A stretch of DNA of 64,000 bases, taken from Lacibacter sp. GTDB taxonomy: Bacteria; Bacteroidota; Bacteroidia; Chitinophagales; Chitinophagaceae. The notes beneath the pieces were generated by a model. It saw nothing but the letters and a program-made list of their open reading frames with translations. It did not search any database and had not been told where the DNA came from. Location of the stretch: assembly GCA_049240625.1 (NCBI GenBank), contig JBMLSG010000004.1, positions 41,351 to 105,350 on the forward strand, read 5' to 3'. How positions within the stretch are numbered: the first letter of the stretch is position 1; every line of letters starts with the position of its first letter. Positions 57,259 through 64,000 of the stretch are shown here, piece by piece. Made by a program: the position numbers and the translations under genes.

Positions 57259-58500
57259 ATGGACATTTTAAGGTTTATCACCGCAGGTAGTGTAGATGAT
57301 GGAAAAAGTACGCTGATTGGCCGACTTTTATACGACAGTAAAAGTATTTTAGCCGATCAATTGGAAGCAATTGAAAAAAGTACAAAAAACAAAGATAACG
57401 GTGAAATTGATTTGGCACTTTTGACAGACGGACTCCGTGCAGAGAGAGAACAAGGAATTACAATTGATGTTGCTTATCGTTACTTTACGACTCCTCGTCG
57501 AAAATTCATTATCGCCGACGCTCCGGGTCATGTTCAGTATACACGTAACATGATTACCGGTGCCAGCAATGCGAGTTTAATTATTGTTTTGATCGATGCA
57601 CGTCAGGGTGTCGTAGAGCAAACACGCAGACATTCGATCATTGCATCTTTATTGAGAATTCCCCATGTAGTGGTTGCTATCAACAAAATGGATCTCGTTG
57701 ACTTTTCAAAAGAAGTTTTTGATCAAATCGTTGCAGACTACTCAGAAGTTGCCCGTCAGCTGAATCTGAAAGATGTTACCTATATTCCGATGAGCGCTTT
57801 GCAAGGAGACAACATTGTAGATGCTTCAGCGAAAACACCCTGGTATCAGGGAAAACCTTTGTTGGAGTTTTTGGAAACCATCGAATTGACTGAGGATGTG
57901 AACTTAAAAGATCCCCGTTTTCAGGTACAGTATGTGATACGCCCTCAAACAGAAGATTTACACGACTACAGAGGTTATGCCGGAAAAGTAATCAGTGGTG
58001 TTTACAAAAAAGGAGACAAGGTATTGGTGTTGCCACAACAAATTGAAACAACCATTTCAAAACTGGAAATTGCAGGTGTGGAAACAGATGAGATCTTTGC
58101 TCCTCAAAGTGCAGTCATCCATTTACAGGACGATATCGATATCAGCAGAGGTGATTCTATTGTTCGGGCAGATAATGTGCCGGAAACAGCAACTGAAATG
58201 GAAGTATTGTTGTGTTGGCTCGATGATAAACCGCTTCAAACGGGGAATAAATATTTGTTGCAGCACAACAGCAGACTGGTAAAAGCAATGGTTCGTAATC
58301 TGGAATACAAGCTCGATGTAAATACTTTGCAACATCAGCCCGTAGAAGGATCGGTTAAATTAAATGAAGTGGTAAAAGCGACCATTAAAACTGCTGCGCC
58401 TCTGGTGTTTGATCATTATGAGCAATTAAGCAGTAACGGATCGGCCATCTTAGTAGATGAAACCAGCAACAGTACCGTGGCTGCTGTTTTGCTGAGTTGA
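57259..58500 (+). CDS. cysN: Sulfate adenylyltransferase subunit 1 (no APS-kinase domain)
   Basis: GSVDDGKSTLIGRL, REQGITIDVAY, DAPGH and NKMD motifs; 413 aa. Confidence 0.97.
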   Translation: MDILRFITAGSVDDGKSTLIGRLLYDSKSILADQLEAIEKSTKNKDNGEIDLALLTDGLRAEREQGITIDVAYRYFTTPRRKFIIADAPGHVQYTRNMITGASNASLIIVLIDARQGVVEQTRRHSIIASLLRIPHVVVAINKMDLVDFSKEVFDQIVADYSEVARQLNLKDVTYIPMSALQGDNIVDASAKTPWYQGKPLLEFLETIELTEDVNLKDPRFQVQYVIRPQTEDLHDYRGYAGKVISGVYKKGDKVLVLPQQIETTISKLEIAGVETDEIFAPQSAVIHLQDDIDISRGDSIVRADNVPETATEMEVLLCWLDDKPLQTGNKYLLQHNSRLVKAMVRNLEYKLDVNTLQHQPVEGSVKLNEVVKATIKTAAPLVFDHYEQLSSNGSAILVDETSNSTVAAVLLS

Positions 58501-58513
58501 TACAATTAATCCA

Positions 58514-59320
58514 ATGGGTATGTCGCAACAAGGTGGTAAGGGCGCAAAAGTGATTTTGGCAGGTGCAGGTCCCGGTGACGCGGAACTGATTACGATTAAA
58601 TTGCAAAAATATCTGGCTCAAGCCGATGTGATCATAACCGACCGACTCGTAAATCCCGAAATCATTGCTCAGAATGCTCGTAAAGATGTACGGGTCATCA
58701 TGGCCGGAAAGCAGGGATATAACGATGCATCCTTTACGCAAGAGCAGGTGAATGCTGTCATTTTAGAGTCTGCCAAAGAGGGTAAGCTTGTACTGCGTCT
58801 GAAAGGTGGCGATACGGCATTCTTCAGCAATATTCTCGACGAGCTGGAAATGCTCGTTCGTGAAAACCTGCCTTTTGAAATTGTTCCAGGTATAACGGCT
58901 GCTTCAGGAGCTTCGGCTTACACAGGAATCCCTTTGACCGCTCGGGGTTATGCTCAGGGAGTGCAGTTCATCGCATTCAACCCCAATGCGCATTTTTCAG
59001 ACGAGCAGTGGCGTTCACTGGCTATCACCAATGATACCAGGGTTTTTTACATGGGCGTTCAAAACCTGAAATTATTGACCGGGTTCTTGTTGCAATATCA
59101 ATGCAAGCCGGATACACCCCTGGCGGTATTGGAACAAGCGGCAACACCTTTTCAACAAGTACACATATCTACCTTGCAAAATTGTGTAGCCGATTTTGAA
59201 GGAAGGCATTTCAGTTCACCGTCTTTAATTCTTTTGGGAGATGTAGTCAGACTTTATCCCCGTTTTTCATGGTTTCAAATTTCCGGAACCGGAACTGTGT
59301 TTCGGGCCTTGGAAGAATAA
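58514..59320 (+). CDS. cobA: Uroporphyrinogen-III C-methyltransferase (SUMT)
   Basis: GAGPGDAELIT, RLKGGD, VPGITAA, GIPLTARG and YMG motifs; no CysG dehydrogenase/chelatase domain. Confidence 0.93.
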   Translation: MGMSQQGGKGAKVILAGAGPGDAELITIKLQKYLAQADVIITDRLVNPEIIAQNARKDVRVIMAGKQGYNDASFTQEQVNAVILESAKEGKLVLRLKGGDTAFFSNILDELEMLVRENLPFEIVPGITAASGASAYTGIPLTARGYAQGVQFIAFNPNAHFSDEQWRSLAITNDTRVFYMGVQNLKLLTGFLLQYQCKPDTPLAVLEQAATPFQQVHISTLQNCVADFEGRHFSSPSLILLGDVVRLYPRFSWFQISGTGTVFRALEE

Positions 59321-59324
59321 ATTA

Positions 59325-59353
59325 AAAAAGGGCGTCAACTTGACGCCCTTTTT
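59325..59353. terminator. Bidirectional terminator between cobA and sulfite reductase
   Basis: Perfect 14-bp inverted repeat aaaaagggcgtcaa-c-ttgacgcccttttt between convergent genes. Confidence 0.85.
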
Positions 59354-59373
59354 CGTTTGAAATCTTTTAAGTC

Positions 59374-61488
59374 TTATCCTTGTTTTTCGGAAAGAACAGC
59401 CGTTTCACGGAATTGCTTTGCAAACGCAATGAAGTTTTTAGCCTGTGCTAAATACGATTGCGCGAATTCTTCACTGGGGGCATGTTCATTCATACTTAAA
59501 ACCAGAGACTTGAATGAAGGGGCTGCATCGTAAAGCCCTGTTTCCGTAAAGTTTTTTTCAAAATCATTTAAAATACCGTGCTGCGTATTGCACTGTACGC
59601 CTTTTTGCAAGAGCAACGCCTTGGCCGTATGAACCTGAGCTGCATAAGCGTGATAAATGCCATCGGCCCATGCTTTGTTTTTCAAACATTCCTCGCTGTT
59701 TGCAATTTTCTCTTCACCTTCCAGTATCAGCGTGGCAACAAGGTCGATCATCACACCGGCACATTCGCCTACGCCAATGGCCGTAGCAAATTTCTCTTGT
59801 TGTCCCCAGTCAATGAAATCTTCATTTTGAAGTGTTTCGAGATCGGCTAAGGGCTTTAATAATTCGTAATAATAACGATCGCCTCTGCGTTCACTGTATT
59901 TGAGGAAGCTTTCACCTGCTTCGGCTTGTGTTTTATAATCATTCAGTACATACCGAACAACATCGGGACCTCTCTTACTGGGAACTTTGATGACTTTGTC
60001 TGAAATACGCCCTTCTCCACTTCCCAATACACCACCTCCAATCAATACCTGTAATGCGGGTAATACCTGACCTTTCGATTTTAAGGAACTACCGTGAAAT
60101 CCGATTGAAGCCATTCCATGCTGACCGCAACTGTTCATACAGCCACTGATTTTAATCGAAATATCTTTGTTGTAGAGCAATTCGGGATATTCTTCTTCAA
60201 TAACTTCCGAGAGGGCCAATGCAGTTCCTGTACTGTTACTGATTCCTAAGTTACAGGTATCGGTTCCGGGACATGCCGTTATATCGGCTACGCTTCCAAA
60301 TCCTGCGGCAGCAAGTTGTTCAGCTTCCAGAACACTATATATATAAGCCAGATGTTCTTCCTTGATGAAGCGGAATTGTAAACCCTGGTTGATGGTTACA
60401 CGCACGTCGTCTGCAATGACATCTTTGAGTTGTTCAATTAAGCGGCGACTAACGTCTGAACTGATGTTCCCGTTTGGTACGCGTACATAAACGGCAAAGT
60501 ATCCTGCTTGCTTTTGTGCAATTACGTTGGTGTTTTTCCATAATTCAAACCGCAATTGATCTTTGATCGCAGCATTGTTTGAGAGGGTATAGGAAGGTAA
60601 TGTTACCGGTTTAAAGTTGTCTGCATCAATTGGATAACGCTGATGGGTAAGCGCCATTTGTTCGGCCGCAACGAGTTCATTGAACGCATCGATTCCGATT
60701 TTTTGTACTAAAAACTTAATGCGCGCCTTGTGACGGCTGTTGCGTTCTCCATGACGGTCGAAAACACGCAAAACACTTTCAAGGTAGGGGATCAATAAAT
60801 CTGCTTCCAGGAATTCGTGTGTGGTGATCGCCAAATGAGGTTGTGCACCCAGTCCTCCTGCAATCAGGATTTTAAATCCGCGTACTTCTTTTCCGTCTAC
60901 GGTTTTCACACGCGGTATGGCGCCGAGATCGTGCATGAACGTTAAGGCCGTATCTTTTTCGGTATTACTGAATGCAATTTTAAACTTGCGCCCCATTTCC
61001 TGACAAACCGGTTTGCGCAGGAAGTATTCAAACATGGCATGCGCGTAAGGGGTTATATCAAACGGTTCTTCCGGATCGATACCGGCAGTGTCTGACGCAG
61101 TGATATTACGAACGGTGTTTCCGCAAGCTTCACGAAGGGTTACATTGTCTTTTTCAAGTTCGGCCCACAATTCAGGGGTGCGATCCAGACTTACAAAGTG
61201 AATTTGAATGTCCTGTCTTGTAGTCAGATGCAGATTACCCGTTGAGTATTCATCAGAAACATCTGAAATGCGTTTCCATTGCGCCAGTGTCATTTTGCCA
61301 TATGGTAACTTAATACGGACCATTTGAACACCTTGCTGGCGTTGTCCATAAACACCACGGGCCAAACGAAGACTTCTGAATTTTTCTTCCGAAATCGAAC
61401 CTTCTTTGAAGGCGCGTATTTTCTGTTCCAGTTCAATAATGTCTTTTTCAACTAACGGGTTCTCTAATTCCGTACGAAAACTTTGCAT
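59374..61488 (-). CDS. Siroheme/4Fe-4S sulfite (nitrite/sulfite) reductase with C-terminal HEPN-like domain
   Basis: LHLTTRQDIQ, CGNTVRN, RKFKIAFS, ACPGTDTC and SGCMNSCGQH motifs; helical HEPN-like C-terminus. Confidence 0.92.
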   Translation of the reverse strand: MQSFRTELENPLVEKDIIELEQKIRAFKEGSISEEKFRSLRLARGVYGQRQQGVQMVRIKLPYGKMTLAQWKRISDVSDEYSTGNLHLTTRQDIQIHFVSLDRTPELWAELEKDNVTLREACGNTVRNITASDTAGIDPEEPFDITPYAHAMFEYFLRKPVCQEMGRKFKIAFSNTEKDTALTFMHDLGAIPRVKTVDGKEVRGFKILIAGGLGAQPHLAITTHEFLEADLLIPYLESVLRVFDRHGERNSRHKARIKFLVQKIGIDAFNELVAAEQMALTHQRYPIDADNFKPVTLPSYTLSNNAAIKDQLRFELWKNTNVIAQKQAGYFAVYVRVPNGNISSDVSRRLIEQLKDVIADDVRVTINQGLQFRFIKEEHLAYIYSVLEAEQLAAAGFGSVADITACPGTDTCNLGISNSTGTALALSEVIEEEYPELLYNKDISIKISGCMNSCGQHGMASIGFHGSSLKSKGQVLPALQVLIGGGVLGSGEGRISDKVIKVPSKRGPDVVRYVLNDYKTQAEAGESFLKYSERRGDRYYYELLKPLADLETLQNEDFIDWGQQEKFATAIGVGECAGVMIDLVATLILEGEEKIANSEECLKNKAWADGIYHAYAAQVHTAKALLLQKGVQCNTQHGILNDFEKNFTETGLYDAAPSFKSLVLSMNEHAPSEEFAQSYLAQAKNFIAFAKQFRETAVLSEKQG

Positions 61489-61551
61489 GTTTGAGTTCGT
61501 TTTTTTAATGTAAAATCCTGATTCACAATTCCTAATGTCTTTATTTCCATC

Positions 61552-61725
61552 AGCCTATAGGGAAAGTAGACTAGAAGCAAAATTACATACTACTGCGTTG
61601 CCAGACAAAAACTTTGAAAAAAATAGGTCTCAGCGGCAGGAATGTTTCAACAAGACCCTGTAATGGTCTAATTTAGAAGAAAATCGGCATAAAGTCTACT
61701 GAAACGGTAGGAAAACTTATCTTTG
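61552..61725. promoter_or_regulatory. Divergent promoters with two inverted operator-like sites
   Basis: TAATTTTG (-) at 61578-61585 and TATCTTTG (+) at 61718-61725. AGTCTACT-N7-TAGG occurs at 61552-61572 (-) and 61693-61713 (+). Confidence 0.6.
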
Positions 61726-61755
61726 CGCCTCCTGTACTGAGGGGGAATCTAAGTT

Positions 61756-62997
61756 ATGTTCAATTATCATACATATTTGGAAGAACGGCTTTTGCAATTG
61801 AAGCAGGATGGAAATTATCGTTATTTCCTCAATGTGAACAAGAGTGCCAGACATTTTCCGAATTTTTACTACGATAAAAACGGCGAAACGAAGCGTGCTG
61901 TAAATTTTTGCAGTAACGATTATCTGGGCATGAGTGTCGAGGAGGAAGTGATTGCGAAATTGTCTTTTGTTGTTCATCAAAGCGGAACCGGAAGCGGAGG
62001 CACCCGCAACATCTCCGGCACAACCAATCATCATCAATCGTTGGAGCAGGCCGTTGCTTCCTGGCATCAAAAAGAAGCAGCACTTGTTTTTGGAGGTGCT
62101 TATCTGGCCAATTTAACGGCTTTGCAAACGCTGGGTCGTCAAATACCGGATCTGATTTTTTTGTCAGATGAACGGAATCATGCTTCGATCATTGAAGGTA
62201 TGCGAAGTACACGCAATCAAAAGTTGATTTTCCGTCACAACGATGTTTTGCATTTGAAAGAATTGCTTCAATCATTACCTCCGGATCAACCCAAACTGAT
62301 TGTGTTTGAATCGGTATACAGCATGAATGGTTCTGTGGCTCCTGTGAAAAAGATTGTGGAACTGGCAAAACAATACAACGCACTCACTTATATTGACGAA
62401 GTACATGCCGTTGGTTTGTACGGAGCAACCGGTGGAGGTATTTGTGAACAGGAATCCTTGCTGGATGCCGTTGATATCATCAATGGTACGCTCGCTAAAG
62501 CGGTAGGAGTGATTGGCGGCTACATTACTGCTTCACAAACAGTGATTGATTTTATCCGCAGTTTTGGAAGCGGGTTTATTTTTACTACATCATTACCCCC
62601 TGCAATTTGTGCGGCTGCCGAAAGAAGCATTCAGCTCATACGTCAGTCGGCACAACAACGAATCTATCTTAAAGGCAACGTTGCCTATTTGCGTTCTTTA
62701 CTAGCCGAAAACGGACTTCCATTTACAGACAATGCATCGCATATAACGCCACTGCCGATAGCGGGTGCTGAGCGGTGTAAAAGGATGGCTGATCTGCTGC
62801 TCCGCAACCATGGCGTCTATGTACAACCTGTAAATTTCCCCACTGTACCCGTAGGGGAAGAGTGTTTAAGGATCATTGTTACATCCAGGCACACACGGGA
62901 ACAGATTGTGCATCTTGTAAAAAGCTTAAAACAAATCAGAAGTGAAATCAATTCGGATTATTTGCCGGAAGAGCCGTCTCAGTCTGTTACAGGCTGA
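61756..62997 (+). CDS. hemA: 5-aminolevulinate synthase (Shemin/C4 pathway)
   Basis: ALAS-type motifs [55 protein letters not shown] (PLP Lys), [14 protein letters not shown] and [11 protein letters not shown]. hemA here means the ALAS sense, not glutamyl-tRNA reductase. Confidence 0.92.
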   Translation: MFNYHTYLEERLLQLKQDGNYRYFLNVNKSARHFPNFYYDKNGETKRAVNFCSNDYLGMSVEEEVIAKLSFVVHQSGTGSGGTRNISGTTNHHQSLEQAVASWHQKEAALVFGGAYLANLTALQTLGRQIPDLIFLSDERNHASIIEGMRSTRNQKLIFRHNDVLHLKELLQSLPPDQPKLIVFESVYSMNGSVAPVKKIVELAKQYNALTYIDEVHAVGLYGATGGGICEQESLLDAVDIINGTLAKAVGVIGGYITASQTVIDFIRSFGSGFIFTTSLPPAICAAAERSIQLIRQSAQQRIYLKGNVAYLRSLLAENGLPFTDNASHITPLPIAGAERCKRMADLLLRNHGVYVQPVNFPTVPVGEECLRIIVTSRHTREQIVHLVKSLKQIRSEINSDYLPEEPSQSVTG

Positions 62998-64000
62998 GTT
63001 GGTAAAACAACGGATACTCCTTGTAGCGCCGGATGCCGAAGTGATAATCATCGGGCGAAGCAGTAAAGGTGACCGGGAATTGTCGGTGCCCCTATCTGTA
63101 TTGGATGGAAGTGATTTTTTTACGGAAGAAATATTTGCTGCTCTTCAAAACGGCGAGGCGGATATCGCGGTTCATTCGTTGAAAGATATGAGCGCCCGTC
63201 ATTTTTTTAGTCATACAGCATTTGCAACTCCGGACCGTGAAGATTTGCGCGATGTGGCAATTTTTAATCCGGACATTGTTTCAAAGATTGAATCAGGAGC
63301 TACTTTAATTATAGGAACCTCTTCTCCCCGGCGCGAAGAGATGGCTGTACGGTTTTTGAAAAAAGCACTGCCGCAGCTCGGTCGTGAAATTCAAATAGAA
63401 ACCCGACCCATTCGTGGAAATGTTGAAAGACGATTACAATTGCTTGAAAGCGGTGCTTACGACGCAACAATTTTAGCAACTGCCGGCCTCAACCGTTTGC
63501 TGGGTAGTTCTGAAGACGCACCGGGAGTACGGGCACTGCTGAAAGACAAGAAATACATGTTGTTGCCATTGGTTGAATGCGTACCTGCTCCCTGCCAGGG
63601 TATTATTGTTGCCGAGGCCGACCCCGCAAATCAGGAAGCGGTTGCCATACTTTCAAAGATCAATGATGAACGTGTTTGGAAGGAAGCGATTTCCGAAAAA
63701 CAAAAAGGATCTGAATTTGGTGCAGGCTGCCTTCAAAAATTTGGCGTTGCAACATTGAAAACCAGGCACACGGCCCATCTTTATGCAGCAGGTGTCGACA
63801 GCAATGGCCGTGAATTCAGTGCATGGTCCGGCTTGCCTGAATTTTCTTACGAAGGAAAAAACTTCTTCTCTTCTACAGATTACATGCGCAACTTTTTTCA
63901 ATACCGTTGGGAGCAGGCGTTACCGGCTTTGAATGCACCGGTTGTTTTTGTTGCCAATTACAAAGCCTTGCAGCAACAGGGCTTGAAAGAGTTGTTGCAA
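62942..64000 (+). CDS. hemC: Hydroxymethylbilane synthase HemC, extended C-terminus (3' partial)
   Basis: Translated by hand from the GTG at 62942, open for 353 codons to the window end. [35 protein letters not shown] and cofactor Cys in GAGC are present. Absent from the ORF track. Confidence 0.9.
   Translation, partial: MKSIRIICRKSRLSLLQAELVKQRILLVAPDAEVIIIGRSSKGDRELSVPLSVLDGSDFFTEEIFAALQNGEADIAVHSLKDMSARHFFSHTAFATPDREDLRDVAIFNPDIVSKIESGATLIIGTSSPRREEMAVRFLKKALPQLGREIQIETRPIRGNVERRLQLLESGAYDATILATAGLNRLLGSSEDAPGVRALLKDKKYMLLPLVECVPAPCQGIIVAEADPANQEAVAILSKINDERVWKEAISEKQKGSEFGAGCLQKFGVATLKTRHTAHLYAAGVDSNGREFSAWSGLPEFSYEGKNFFSSTDYMRNFFQYRWEQALPALNAPVVFVANYKALQQQGLKELLQ

Noticed and set aside
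59325-59353. Perfect 29-bp palindrome as an operator or recombination site
   Set aside because: It sits between convergent stop codons with A/T tails, so it is fully explained as a bidirectional terminator.
59377-59760. HEPN toxin or defence system
   Set aside because: There is no RxxxxH motif and no MNT antitoxin, and the domain is fused to a metabolic enzyme.
61756-62997. Alternative identity as BioF, KBL or serine palmitoyltransferase (same PLP fold, common in Bacteroidota)
   Set aside because: Those enzymes have SRL.SG, SVRFICGT or SRFLNGT where this protein has GGTRNISGT; the hemC context also fits ALAS.
61756-64000. Secondary-metabolite C5N cluster with a cyclising ALAS
   Set aside because: The Thr83-equivalent is retained, and no amide synthetase or acyl-CoA ligase is adjacent.

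Overview
Core-genome window of a Bacteroidota bacterium, probably Chitinophagaceae-like. This is inferred from TAnnTTTG -7 promoters, a T9SS sorting domain and Bacteroidota-type FtsZ, MraY and two UvrA paralogues. In order it holds: the end of a histidine kinase; the dcw cluster (mraZ-rsmH-ftsL-ftsI-murE-mraY-murD-ftsW-murG-murC-ftsQ-ftsA-ftsZ); an ECF sigma factor; a UvrA paralogue; glyA; an ABC-2 pair; dnaA with tRNA-Ser(GCT) and tRNA-Pro(TGG); recN; a nif3/zinc-ribbon pair; grpE-dnaJ; aspS; rarA; uvrA; and a sulfur block. The sulfur block is a SAM-I riboswitch ahead of metY-metX-hom-cysH-cysD-cysN-cobA, converging on a HEPN-fused sulfite reductase. No mobile element, CRISPR array or rRNA was seen. 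The most unusual element is a 5-aminolevulinate synthase (Shemin/C4 pathway, classically alphaproteobacterial and eukaryotic) overlapping a divergent, extended hemC. It is transcribed divergently from the sulfite reductase across two inverted operator-like sites, which suggests a sulfur-regulated siroheme supply module. Other leads are a structured mraY-murD spacer, a uORF behind the SAM riboswitch, a degenerate tRNA-Pro copy, a 37-aa membrane microprotein and a stand-alone T9SS sorting domain. All calls come from reading motifs by eye; no searches or folding programs were run.
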